A stretch of 64,000 nt of DNA. It comes from an uncultured euryarchaeote. Its GTDB lineage: Archaea; Thermoplasmatota; Poseidoniia; Poseidoniales; Poseidoniaceae. The position numbers were made by a program, and so were the translations under genes. Shown piece by piece: positions 17,590 to 26,602 of the stretch. The notes beneath the pieces are model-generated. The model did no database searches. It worked only from the letters and a program-made list of their open reading frames with translations, and was not told the origin of the DNA. Each line of letters begins with the position of its first letter. Positions within the stretch are counted from its first letter, which is position 1. The stretch covers positions 52,489 to 116,488 of the forward strand of contig CALBIL010000096.1 of the NCBI GenBank assembly GCA_937892945.1, written 5' to 3'.

Positions 17590-18249
17590 TCAGTCCACCC
17601 CCATCCACTTATGAGTTTGAAGACTCAAACGCCAAGGAGGCGTCTGCTTGACTACGGATTCAGTCATTGCAAAGTTCTTGCCATTCCATTCGACACTTTC
17701 GGTATCAATGTAGCATGGTTGTAAAAAGTGATGAGAAAACCCATCCATTAATCCATCGTAAAGTTGTAAATCTTGCCCAACATAGACACATTTGAGTTCA
17801 TCACCACTGCGTTGGCGAATTTTTACTTGAGGATACATTTGATCTTTTGGAGATATACAAATCCAATCCAGCAACCCATCTGGGATTTCAATGGTCCCGT
17901 TTGATTCACATGAGAGTTGGTATCCTCTTGATTTAAACAAACGATGAAGCGGCCATAGATCATTCAACATCGGCTCGCCACCTGTTAAAATAATTCTTTT
18001 GGATGGGTATTTCATAACTTCACCCAAAATATCAACGGCAGCCATCTCGCCAAATGTTTCGAAATCGGTATCACACCATTCGCATTGTAAATTGCATTTC
18101 CCAAAACGAATGAATACATGAGGTATTCCTGCATGTACGCCTTCTCCCTGGACGGAATGAAAGATTTCTACAATCTTGTACATAGTTCCCAAATCAGAAG
18201 CAGAATCGACGGGATGACCTCCCGAGAGTTCACATGCTGTATCGTTCAT
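17590..18249 (-). CDS. queE: 7-carboxy-7-deazaguanine synthase (radical SAM)
   Basis: FHSVQGEGVHAGIPHVFIRFGKCNLQCEWCDT cluster motif. AGGTGA sits 5 nt upstream of ATG 18249. The stop abuts the queC ATG. Confidence 0.9.
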   Translation of the reverse strand: MNDTACELSGGHPVDSASDLGTMYKIVEIFHSVQGEGVHAGIPHVFIRFGKCNLQCEWCDTDFETFGEMAAVDILGEVMKYPSKRIILTGGEPMLNDLWPLHRLFKSRGYQLSCESNGTIEIPDGLLDWICISPKDQMYPQVKIRQRSGDELKCVYVGQDLQLYDGLMDGFSHHFLQPCYIDTESVEWNGKNFAMTESVVKQTPPWRLSLQTHKWMGVD

Positions 18250-18258
18250 TAAATCACC

Positions 18259-18837
18259 TTAAAGTGGGCGAGATTGAATAAGTTGCATCAGTTCTTGCCG
18301 AGGTTCAGCCTTATCGAAAAATACACCACGCATGGCCGAAGTCGTCATTACAGAATTTTGTTTACGAACACCGCGGCAACGCATGCATCCATGCGATGCT
18401 TCAAGGATTACTGCAGCACCGAGTGGATTCAGATGCTTTTCAAGGTCATCGGCAATACCTTTTGTAATGCGTTCTTGATTTTGCAATCGATGCGCGTGTG
18501 CGTCAACAATTCGTGCTAATTTACTAATTCCAACAATCCGATCTACTGGAATGTATGCGATATGAGCTCGCCCAGTGAATGGCTGTAAATGATGCTCACA
18601 GGTCGAATGGAATTCAATATCGCGAAGGAGGACTATGCCGTCATAGCCTTCGCCATTAAATGTAGATTTAAGAAGTTCTTCAGTATCGGTAGTATAACCG
18701 GAAAAGATTTCACCCCATGATTCAATGACTCGCCTAGGTGTCTTTTCTAAGCCTTCTCGTTGAGCATCACCCTCGAGATATTCGAGCAATGTTTTGACTG
18801 CGCTTTCTGCTTCATCTTTTGTTACCATCTTCTTCAC
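18259..18837 (-). CDS. folE: GTP cyclohydrolase I
   Basis: EFHSTCEHHLQPFTGRAHIAYIP and ASHGCMRCRGV motifs. The track start is GTG 18837. An ATG at 18828 is the alternative. Confidence 0.95.
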   Translation of the reverse strand: MKKMVTKDEAESAVKTLLEYLEGDAQREGLEKTPRRVIESWGEIFSGYTTDTEELLKSTFNGEGYDGIVLLRDIEFHSTCEHHLQPFTGRAHIAYIPVDRIVGISKLARIVDAHAHRLQNQERITKGIADDLEKHLNPLGAAVILEASHGCMRCRGVRKQNSVMTTSAMRGVFFDKAEPRQELMQLIQSRPL

Positions 18838-18998
18838 TACCGTCCGTGCCGAGCATCAATTTCATCCAACTGGTCGAGAAGTTTGCGACAAGCGGTTCGA
18901 ACCGCATCCGCTAGACTCACGAATTTATGTTGGTCTCCAACATGCTTGCGCAGGTCTTCGACCAATTCCGCAGGCATGTCCAAGGAGATTTTCGGCAT
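18837..18998 (-). CDS. small ribbon-helix-helix (CopG/Arc/MetJ-like) protein, 53 aa
   Basis: ATG 18998 gives MPKISLDMPAELVEDLRKHVGDQHKFVSLADAVRTACRKLLDQL..., a beta strand followed by two helices. The stop TAG overlaps the folE GTG by 1 nt. I rejected the longer track ORF (to 19112) because the upstream part has no motif support and holds promoter-like sequence. Confidence 0.55.
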   Translation of the reverse strand: MPKISLDMPAELVEDLRKHVGDQHKFVSLADAVRTACRKLLDQLDEIDARHGR

Positions 18999-19026
18999 AA
19001 TCTGTGGTTCAGTGCAGAGCATATAA

Positions 19027-19044
19027 GTATTCGCAGGCGAATAC
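19027..19044. promoter_or_regulatory. perfect 8+8 inverted repeat GTATTCGC-AG-GCGAATAC abutting a TATA-like box; candidate operator of the RHH/preQ0 operon
   Basis: Read directly from the sequence. The arms are exact reverse complements. On the minus strand it is followed at once by TTATAT (19026-19021) and then by 22 nt to ATG 18998. Confidence 0.4.
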
Positions 19045-19138
19045 CAGAGTATTATCTGGTCAAACTGGCCTAATTTCAGTGAAATATCAACAGAATTGAA
19101 GCGAACGTTCAAAGAACTCCGTGGGTGCCAATAAATTG

Positions 19139-20632
19139 ATGACTCAATATGCTGCAGATGCTTTCGCCCATCTCCAAAATTTAAGAAACCTTTCAGGTCA
19201 TCGGGATACCATCGGTTTATCAGATGAAGTAGTCCACCAATTCATCTCCACAGACTCCACCTTGGGAATGGCAATTTCTGAAGCAGTCGGCCGAAGGAAC
19301 ACTCTCGCAGATGAATTTGGTAATGATTTGATGAAACTTTCAGAATCTGAATTAGTCAAGGAACTTCAATCGGATTTCATCAACTTTTACGCTCCCGCAA
19401 CAGTCAATCCCTATGTCGCACTTGCTGCTCGTGGACCTTGGATCATCACAGCACATGGCGCAGTTCTTCACGATAATGGCGGCTATGGTATGCTTGGTAG
19501 TGGCCATGGTCCGAGCACCATTATTTCTGCAATGTCTGAGAATTGGGTGATGGCCAATGTCATGACTCCTTCGTACAGCCATAAGCGTCTTGCAACGCGC
19601 TTGCAAAGTGAACTTGGGCATACACGTGGTTTCTGCCCATTTACACGCTTTATTTGTATGAACAGTGGTTCCGAATCAGTGACCGTCAGTCTTCGGATTG
19701 CTGACGTCAATGCTCGAAAAATGACCGGCCCTGGTGGTCGACATGAAGGTAAAGAAATCAAACTCATGGCTGTTGAAAAGGCATTCCATGGTCGTACCGA
19801 CCGGCCTGCTCAGATTTCACATTCATGTAAACCTGCATACGACCAAAACCTTGCAACATTTAGGAATCGAGATAATTTAATTCTCGTTCCTGCGAATAAT
19901 GTGGCTGCACTTGAGGCTGCATATGCAAAAGCAGAAGCAGATGGATACTTTATCGAACTCATGGCTATAGAACCAGTCCAAGGAGAAGGGAACCCAGGAT
20001 CTTGTGTCGAACGTGATTTTTACGATGCTGCACGTCGATTGACGCTCGAACACGGTTCGATGTTGCTCGTCGACTCTATTCAAGCAGGAATTCGAGGACA
20101 AGGCTGCCTTTCCATCATCGACTATGATGGATTCCAAGACGCTGAATGCCCAGATTTGGAAACATGGTCAAAGGCGCTCAATGCTGGTCAGTATCCCTTA
20201 TCGGTACTTGGACTCAACCAGAGAGCTTCAGAAAACTATGTTGTTGGGATTTACGGGAATACCATGACTACAAATCCACGTGCTCTTGAAACTGCATGTG
20301 AAGTACTCGAACAAATCACTCCAGAATTACGTGCAAATATCCGGGACAGAGGCGCAGAATTTGTTGAAAAACTGGAACTCCTCGCCATTGAGATGCCCGG
20401 CATCATCACCCAAGTCCAAGGCACTGGATTGTTGTTGAGTGCTGAACTCGAGCCAAATCAATTCCCTGTTGTTGGATTTGATGCTGTTGAGACTTGGTGT
20501 AGAAAAAACGGACTCGGCGTTATCCACGGTGGAACCAATGCTCTCCGGTTTACGCCACATTTCGGCATCACCTCGGCAGAAATAGATGCAATCATTGAAG
20601 TCGTTCGTGCTTCATTTCACCACTTTTCTTAA
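19139..20632 (+). CDS. class III pyridoxal-phosphate aminotransferase with long N-terminal extension
   Basis: NSGSESV, AFHGRTDRP, LLVDSIQAGIRGQG and a WSKALNAG lysine context follow the class III order of motifs. The track start 19121 is GTG. The first ATG is 19139. Confidence 0.8.
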   Translation: MTQYAADAFAHLQNLRNLSGHRDTIGLSDEVVHQFISTDSTLGMAISEAVGRRNTLADEFGNDLMKLSESELVKELQSDFINFYAPATVNPYVALAARGPWIITAHGAVLHDNGGYGMLGSGHGPSTIISAMSENWVMANVMTPSYSHKRLATRLQSELGHTRGFCPFTRFICMNSGSESVTVSLRIADVNARKMTGPGGRHEGKEIKLMAVEKAFHGRTDRPAQISHSCKPAYDQNLATFRNRDNLILVPANNVAALEAAYAKAEADGYFIELMAIEPVQGEGNPGSCVERDFYDAARRLTLEHGSMLLVDSIQAGIRGQGCLSIIDYDGFQDAECPDLETWSKALNAGQYPLSVLGLNQRASENYVVGIYGNTMTTNPRALETACEVLEQITPELRANIRDRGAEFVEKLELLAIEMPGIITQVQGTGLLLSAELEPNQFPVVGFDAVETWCRKNGLGVIHGGTNALRFTPHFGITSAEIDAIIEVVRASFHHFS

Positions 20633-20633
20633 C

Positions 20634-21857
20634 TCATGAAAGTGAAGTTACGATATCCTCTCGATTGAATTGTCGAGAAGCATAGTAGGCTGCTAGACTC
20701 GCGTACACAATTGATGAGATTCCCCAAATCAAAACGTGCTCAGTTATGACTCGGTTCATCAGGAGTTCACGCAATGCCAGGAGAATATTGACTACAGGTA
20801 TTGCAAACCAGAATCCCTCGATACCGTCGAGGTTGATGACTTGTGTAAACAATGCAGGGAAGAGAATTAACATCAATGCTGGAGCCAATATTGAACCCGC
20901 TTCCTTTACACTATGAGAACGCATAGCCAATGCTAATTCAAAGGCTACAACCATGACCGCAAAGAGCATGATTGAAAGAACGATGAGGCAAATCGAAATC
21001 ACCGAGAGTTGTGGTACGCCAATGAAACTTGAAGATGATGCGAGATATCCAATCGCAAACAAGAGTCCGAAAACCTGTAACAGGACTCCCACACCAGTAA
21101 TCGTTGCTACAGCGAGCCATTTGCCGAATAAGAGTTCCATCCGTGTACATGGGAGACAGAGTAATGCCTCAAGCGTTCCTCGCTCTCGTTCTCCAGCAGT
21201 CATGTCAATGGAGGGTTGAATCGCACTGGAATAGGTCCAAATTGCCAAGACTAAGGGGATGAACATTGAAAGAATCATACCGGACTGTTCACCAGAGGTT
21301 GCTACATCACCAGAAGAAATTTCACCATCCCATCTCAAAGGATCAAGGGTTGTATTTACATCCAGCCCACCTTGCTCGATCCGCTCTCGGGTTTCAGAAC
21401 TTTCCCATTCTGAAAGGGTATTTAAGAGGCGGTTTCGAGCTTCATTGGAACGTTCAGATGTCGAGAGGTGAAGAATTGCATACCCCCACACATCATCATT
21501 TGACTCAAATCGTAACACCGCATCAGTCGAACTGTTTCGCACACGTTCGAGGTCTTGACCAGGTTCAGATAAACTCGTCAAGTTTGGTAACAATTCAATC
21601 GAATAGTCCATGCTGCTGAGCGATATATTCTCAGCGAGATTCTCTGGTAAGCCATCCGTCTGAATCACAATCGATAATTCGAGTGCGTCGAGTTCTGCAG
21701 TTTCTGATTCGAGTAAGATTGGGAACAGAATGAACAGCAAAGGGAACATCAGGAGAGGTATCACAATAATTGCGATTATTGTGCGCCAGTCTCGAGTGAA
21801 CTCAACCACTTCCTTCTTGGCAATGGCGCGTACACGTAGGAAACTTCCTTCACTCAC
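20634..21857 (-). CDS. ABC-2 type transporter permease (NatB-like)
   Basis: 407 aa. An N-terminal TM and large extracytoplasmic loop are followed by 5 hydrophobic spans. Its start overlaps the ATPase gene stop by 8 nt. Confidence 0.75.
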   Translation of the reverse strand: MSEGSFLRVRAIAKKEVVEFTRDWRTIIAIIVIPLLMFPLLFILFPILLESETAELDALELSIVIQTDGLPENLAENISLSSMDYSIELLPNLTSLSEPGQDLERVRNSSTDAVLRFESNDDVWGYAILHLSTSERSNEARNRLLNTLSEWESSETRERIEQGGLDVNTTLDPLRWDGEISSGDVATSGEQSGMILSMFIPLVLAIWTYSSAIQPSIDMTAGERERGTLEALLCLPCTRMELLFGKWLAVATITGVGVLLQVFGLLFAIGYLASSSSFIGVPQLSVISICLIVLSIMLFAVMVVAFELALAMRSHSVKEAGSILAPALMLILFPALFTQVINLDGIEGFWFAIPVVNILLALRELLMNRVITEHVLIWGISSIVYASLAAYYASRQFNREDIVTSLS

Positions 21858-22695
21858 TTTCCATCACCTCGCGGGTGGTTTGGGGAGTCTTTGGTGTGAA
21901 GAAGCGACGCCACCAGCCAGTGAATGCACTTTCCCTGTCATTGTCCTCTTTGCGAGTCCTCGCTTGGTCCTGGGTAAGAGATACATATGCCTCTTCAAGT
22001 GATTCTGTCTTGCTATCTTCCAAGAGCGTTAAGGGGGAACCATCTGCTCGAATCTCACCATTGTGTATGATTACAATCCGGTCACATACTTGCTGTGCTT
22101 CAGCAAGTTGATGCGTTGAGTAGATCACAGTACCACCTTCATCACGCAATTGTCGGACCAGTGCACGTACAGTTCTTGCACTGGTAATATCCAAGCCAGC
22201 CGTTGGCTCATCGAGCAAGAGGATATTGGGGCCGTGGGCTAATGCTCGTAACAAAGCAGTTTTTTGTTTCATGCCCCGAGAGAACCCTTTGGTATGTCGA
22301 CTCAAACTCTCTTTCATGTCCAAGTGCTCCGCAAATTTCTCAGTCCGAGCCCATGAAACTGAATCGGGTATGCCGTGCATGCGACTATGATATCGGATAT
22401 TTTCCCATGCAGTGAGTCTCGAATACAATCCCGTCGATTCAGGGACGACACCGAGTTCATGGCGCATTGTTGTAACCGGTTCCCCGTTGCTGAGGTTGAC
22501 CGTCCCACTCGATGGTTTGTATACACCTGCCATGAGTCTCAGGAGGGTGGTTTTTCCAGCACCATTACTGCCAACTAAACCTACAATTTCGCCTGAATAT
22601 ATTTCCAAATTAATTTCATGTAACGCTTCAACTTCAGCGAAGTTTTTTGTCACACCTTGGATGGAAAGAAGAGATTTCGGCATAAAATCCCTCAT
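21850..22695 (-). CDS. ABC transporter ATP-binding protein (NatA-like)
   Basis: Walker A GSNGAGKTT, signature FSRGMKQK, Walker B ILLLDEPTAGLD. Confidence 0.9.
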   Translation of the reverse strand: MRDFMPKSLLSIQGVTKNFAEVEALHEINLEIYSGEIVGLVGSNGAGKTTLLRLMAGVYKPSSGTVNLSNGEPVTTMRHELGVVPESTGLYSRLTAWENIRYHSRMHGIPDSVSWARTEKFAEHLDMKESLSRHTKGFSRGMKQKTALLRALAHGPNILLLDEPTAGLDITSARTVRALVRQLRDEGGTVIYSTHQLAEAQQVCDRIVIIHNGEIRADGSPLTLLEDSKTESLEEAYVSLTQDQARTRKEDNDRESAFTGWWRRFFTPKTPQTTREVMESE

Positions 22696-23039
22696 GACAC
22701 TCGGCCGGTTTCGATTGCTTGATTCAAACCTGGATGCTTTACTTCTAAATTACAAGCTCGATCTAATTGTTGCTTAATTTGAGCGAAAATCTCTTGTTGT
22801 GATACTCCCATTTCGACGAGATTGCCAATCATATCGAAAGCGCCTTGGATTGCACCTGCGTCCAGATAGGCTTCATTGCTAATCTGACGGTTTTGACGTA
22901 AGAGTTCTAATCGATTTGCTAAGAATTCAACTTCCCTGCGGATTCTCGGCCCATCGATATGGGGTAGAGCGATGAGGTTGTCTACACAGGTTCGCATCAA
23001 TTCAATGAGGAGACGCAAAGATATGATGCTTACCCTCAA
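22692..23039 (-). CDS. hypothetical helical protein upstream of the ABC transporter
   Basis: ATGA overlap with the ABC ATPase start. The track start is TTG 23039, and the first ATG is at 22997. I recognise no motif. Confidence 0.5.
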   Translation of the reverse strand: MRVSIISLRLLIELMRTCVDNLIALPHIDGPRIRREVEFLANRLELLRQNRQISNEAYLDAGAIQGAFDMIGNLVEMGVSQQEIFAQIKQQLDRACNLEVKHPGLNQAIETGRVS

Positions 23040-23043
23040 AATC

Positions 23044-23475
23044 TCATGCAGCCTGAGTCAGTTCAACTAAGACTCCGCCCGTTGATTTGGGATGGACGAA
23101 TGCAATCATTTTACCACCAGCACCCTTTCTTGGTACGGTATCTATCATCAGAATATCATGTTCAATGAGATGTGCGATGAGTCCATTTAAATCTCCAACG
23201 CGAAAGCAAATCTGTTGTACCCCTTTACCTTTTTTGACTAAGAATTTACCAATAGGAGTGTCGGTGCTGGTTGGCTCAAGTAACTCTATTTTAGTAGGAT
23301 GGTCGTCTTCAGACGCCACATTTGTAGAAAAAAAGCGTGTCGTAACTCCTTGGTCTTCGACCAACTCATCTTCACCATGTTCTGAAAGACCTAGCAACCT
23401 CCAAAAAGTACTGCCTCCTTCAAGTGATTCGACCGCAATTCCAATGTGATCTACGTGTATGGGTCCAAATTTCAT
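23044..23475 (-). CDS. mce: methylmalonyl-CoA epimerase (VOC/glyoxalase fold)
   Basis: IHVDHIGIAVESLEG ... VQQICFRVGDL ... IAFVHPKSTGGVLVEL. GAGGTGA sits 4 nt upstream of ATG 23475. Adjacent to the mutase. Confidence 0.85.
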   Translation of the reverse strand: MKFGPIHVDHIGIAVESLEGGSTFWRLLGLSEHGEDELVEDQGVTTRFFSTNVASEDDHPTKIELLEPTSTDTPIGKFLVKKGKGVQQICFRVGDLNGLIAHLIEHDILMIDTVPRKGAGGKMIAFVHPKSTGGVLVELTQAA

Positions 23476-23484
23476 TTTATCACC

Positions 23485-25086
23485 TCAAAAACCACTTGGA
23501 GCCATCCAAGTCCCAAATACATCTTTCATTGCTTGCACGATTTCACCAAGTGTGCAATCATTCTTTACAGCAAAAAGTACATGTGGGAATAAATTCTCCT
23601 CAGATTCTGCCGCCTTAACAATTGCATCGAGGCATGTTTGGACGGTTTCTGAGTCCCTGTTCATGCGTAAATGTTCTAATCTTCGACATTGTTCTTCACC
23701 AACAGATGGGTCCAATTTAAGCACTTCAGTAACAGTGTCATCTTCCATGAGTCCATGATTGACTCCAACAATTTTTCTTCGCTCCGATTCGACATCATTG
23801 AGATGCTGGTAAGCTGCGTTGTGAATTTCACGTTGCTGCCATCCTTGTTCAATAGCCTTTAAAGCCCCCCCGAGTGATTCAATCTTTTCGATTTGTTCCA
23901 ATGCCAAATCATGAATTTGTTTTGTTAATGCTTCAACGTGATAGGAACCACCAAGAGGGTCAACAACATCTGCAGCACCACTTTCTTCAGCAATTATTTG
24001 CTGTGTTCGCAAAGCCACTGTAGCCGATTTTTCAGTAGGAAGGCCGAGTGCTTCATCGTAGGAATTTGTGTGTAAACTCTGCGTCCCACCACATACTGCT
24101 GCCAATGCCTGAATCGTAACCCGAGCAATATTATTGAGCGGTTGTTGAGCAGTCAAACTTACGCCAGCTACTTGAGTATGGAATCGTAACATTGAGGACT
24201 TCGGGTTCTTGGGTGCATATCGTGAAGTCATCAATTCATACCACAATGATCGGGCTGCACGAAACTTTGCCGCTTCTTCAAAGAAATCATTGTGACAATT
24301 GAAGAAAAATGAAAGCCTTGGGCCAAAAGAATCGACATCGAGACCTTTGTCAATGGCCGCTTCAACATAGGCAAGGGCATTTGCAAGCGTAAATGCAACC
24401 TCTTGGACTGCAGTAGAACCTGCTTCACGGATGTGATAACCGGAAATTGAAATTGTATTCCATTTTGGAACATGTTCTGAACAGTACTCGAAAATGTCTG
24501 TAATGAGCCGCATACTCTGCTTAGGAGGGAATACATATGTCCCCCGTGCAATGTATTCTTTCAGAATATCATTTTGTATTGTACCTAATACTTCCTGAGA
24601 TGAAACACCCTGTTCTTCAGCAACTGCAATGTACATGGCGAGTAAGATCATTGCAGGTGCATTAATCGTCATCGAAGTACTCACTTTATCCAATGGTATT
24701 CCTTGGAGAAGTTGACGCATATCATCAACCGTTGAAATTGAAACACCGACTTTGCCAACCTCGCCGAGTGACATTTCATCATCGGCATCCAGACCGAGTT
24801 GTGTCGGTAAATCAAATGCTACAGAAAGTCCTTTTTGACCGCGTTCAAGTAAAAGTTTGAACCGTTCATTCGTTGCCTTTGCACTCGAAAAACCGGCATA
24901 TTGTCGCATTGTCCACAAGCGTGAGCGATACATTGTAGAATGGATTCCACGAGTGTAAGGTGGTGCTCCTGCACTTCCGATTTGAGATACCTCCGCACCA
25001 AGTTTATCCAGTGTACTTGAGTCGCTTTGCAACTCTAAATCAAGACCGCTGAGCGTCTTCCAGTCGTCTTTACGTTGACTGACCAT
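23485..25086 (-). CDS. mcmA: methylmalonyl-CoA mutase, large catalytic subunit (no B12-binding domain in this ORF)
   Basis: PPYTRGIHSTMYRSRLWTMRQYAGFSSAKATNERFKLLLERGQKGLSVAFDLPTQLG. GGAGGG lies upstream of ATG 25086. Confidence 0.95.
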   Translation of the reverse strand: MVSQRKDDWKTLSGLDLELQSDSSTLDKLGAEVSQIGSAGAPPYTRGIHSTMYRSRLWTMRQYAGFSSAKATNERFKLLLERGQKGLSVAFDLPTQLGLDADDEMSLGEVGKVGVSISTVDDMRQLLQGIPLDKVSTSMTINAPAMILLAMYIAVAEEQGVSSQEVLGTIQNDILKEYIARGTYVFPPKQSMRLITDIFEYCSEHVPKWNTISISGYHIREAGSTAVQEVAFTLANALAYVEAAIDKGLDVDSFGPRLSFFFNCHNDFFEEAAKFRAARSLWYELMTSRYAPKNPKSSMLRFHTQVAGVSLTAQQPLNNIARVTIQALAAVCGGTQSLHTNSYDEALGLPTEKSATVALRTQQIIAEESGAADVVDPLGGSYHVEALTKQIHDLALEQIEKIESLGGALKAIEQGWQQREIHNAAYQHLNDVESERRKIVGVNHGLMEDDTVTEVLKLDPSVGEEQCRRLEHLRMNRDSETVQTCLDAIVKAAESEENLFPHVLFAVKNDCTLGEIVQAMKDVFGTWMAPSGF

Positions 25087-25127
25087 GTACCCTCCATGAA
25101 GAGGGACTTCATCAACACTCGCACGGA

Positions 25128-25634
25128 TCAGTGGTGGTGTTGGCCGTCTGGTCCATGTGCATGGCCGTGGGCTTGCTCATCTCCGGTTGCTTCTCGTAGT
25201 TCGACGATTTCAACGTTGAAAGTGAGAGCCTGTCCTGCAAGTGCATGATTAAAGTCTGCAGTCACCATTTCATCAGATAATTCCGAAATGATAAACGGCA
25301 TAGGGCCTTCTTGCCCTTGTGCTACGAGTTGCATTCCAACTTCCAATGTTGCTTCCTCTTCGAGTTGTGCAAACTGTTCTCGAGCAATCTGTTGGACTGC
25401 GGCTTCATCTCGGTCACCGTATGCTCTTTCAGATGGGAGCGTGAATTCTTTCTTATCACCAACTTTAGCGCCCATGATTTCTTCTTCAAAACCAGGGATC
25501 ATTTGTTTGTGTCCGACGAGGAATGAGAGTGGTTCTCGTCCTTCGCTGCTGTCAAAAACTTCTCCGCTTTCAGGGAGAGTTCCAGTGTAATGTACACTTG
25601 CTACCATATTTTCGCTTACTGTTAATTCTGTCAT
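25128..25634 (-). CDS. slyD: FKBP-type peptidyl-prolyl isomerase, SlyD-like with His-rich tail
   Basis: VHYTGTLPESGEVFDSS ... FLVGHKQMIPGFEE, an IF-domain insert, and a C-terminal HGHAHGPDGQHHH. Confidence 0.85.
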   Translation of the reverse strand: MTELTVSENMVASVHYTGTLPESGEVFDSSEGREPLSFLVGHKQMIPGFEEEIMGAKVGDKKEFTLPSERAYGDRDEAAVQQIAREQFAQLEEEATLEVGMQLVAQGQEGPMPFIISELSDEMVTADFNHALAGQALTFNVEIVELREATGDEQAHGHAHGPDGQHHH

Positions 25635-25638
25635 AATT

Positions 25639-26553
25639 TCACCTTCTTGTTGTCATGCGAGAAACTAAATCTTTTAGTTTGTCTGCGACTTGCCGAGGTA
25701 GAATCTCTTCTTCTACCTTTAGTTCGATGAACTCGAGTGAATCTGTAACACCCATTCGTTCACCCTTCGCCCAAACTTGCCCAAGGACATTGGAGCGTTG
25801 TTCTTCAGCGATTGAATCATTATCTAAAATTGCTCGAGCTGCATATTTGTATTCGAGGTATTTTTGACGGTTTAGTTTCTTTTCTTGTTTTTGGCGACCG
25901 CCACCTTTCTTATCTCCACGACGTCTTTTCCTACGACGGTCTGAAGAAGGCTTTGGGACCTCTGTTTGGATTGTTTTGAATACATCATTTCGTGATTTCA
26001 AGTCTGTGCTCACTTTCTCAACTGCTGGTTGAACATGTGCGGGAACTGATGTTTGTTCTGCTGAAACAAATTCGATAACAGGTTCTGCTACAACAGAAGT
26101 AGATTCGGCAGATACCGCCGTCGCAATAGTTCGTTGAGCCTTCGCATTTTTACGAGACTCTTCTGACTTACGCCTTAGTTCAGCCATACGATCTTCACGA
26201 GAAACTTTTGGAGCAGATATCTCTTGTTTCTCAACGGATGTTGTAAATGTTGGTTCTTCTGTGACCTCTGCTTTTGGCTGAGGTTGAGATTTTGGTTTCA
26301 CTTTTGGTTTGGCTTTTTCTTCCTGAGTGCCCAATCTGCTCAATGCTTGCTGACGCTTTTTGGCCAACTCATCATGTGCTGATTGTTTGTTTGTTTCAGG
26401 TCTTGGAGATGGTTTTGGAGCTGGAGCGTTTCGGCGTTGAATCTGGGAACGTTCACTCATGCGTTTGTTACGCTGAGCACTCGCGTCGCGGGCGAATGGG
26501 TTGAATGGCTCATCTTTTTTCCGCCTCTCGCCGCTAATCTTTGATTCCCCCAA
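25639..26553 (-). CDS. highly basic, low-complexity protein with a roughly 75-aa structured C-terminal domain; unknown function
   Basis: 304-codon frame rich in K/R/Q/E/P, with RRRKRRRGDKKGGGRQKQEKK. The C-terminus is KYLEYKYAARAILDNDSIAEEQRSNVLGQVWAKGERMGV.... Start uncertain: the track start is TTG, and the first in-frame ATG is at 26460. Confidence 0.55.
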   Translation of the reverse strand: MGESKISGERRKKDEPFNPFARDASAQRNKRMSERSQIQRRNAPAPKPSPRPETNKQSAHDELAKKRQQALSRLGTQEEKAKPKVKPKSQPQPKAEVTEEPTFTTSVEKQEISAPKVSREDRMAELRRKSEESRKNAKAQRTIATAVSAESTSVVAEPVIEFVSAEQTSVPAHVQPAVEKVSTDLKSRNDVFKTIQTEVPKPSSDRRRKRRRGDKKGGGRQKQEKKLNRQKYLEYKYAARAILDNDSIAEEQRSNVLGQVWAKGERMGVTDSLEFIELKVEEEILPRQVADKLKDLVSRMTTRR

Positions 26554-26602
26554 TCACTTCTCGCCATTGACTCCTTAAAAACAATTAGCGTAAAGTCAAA
26601 GG

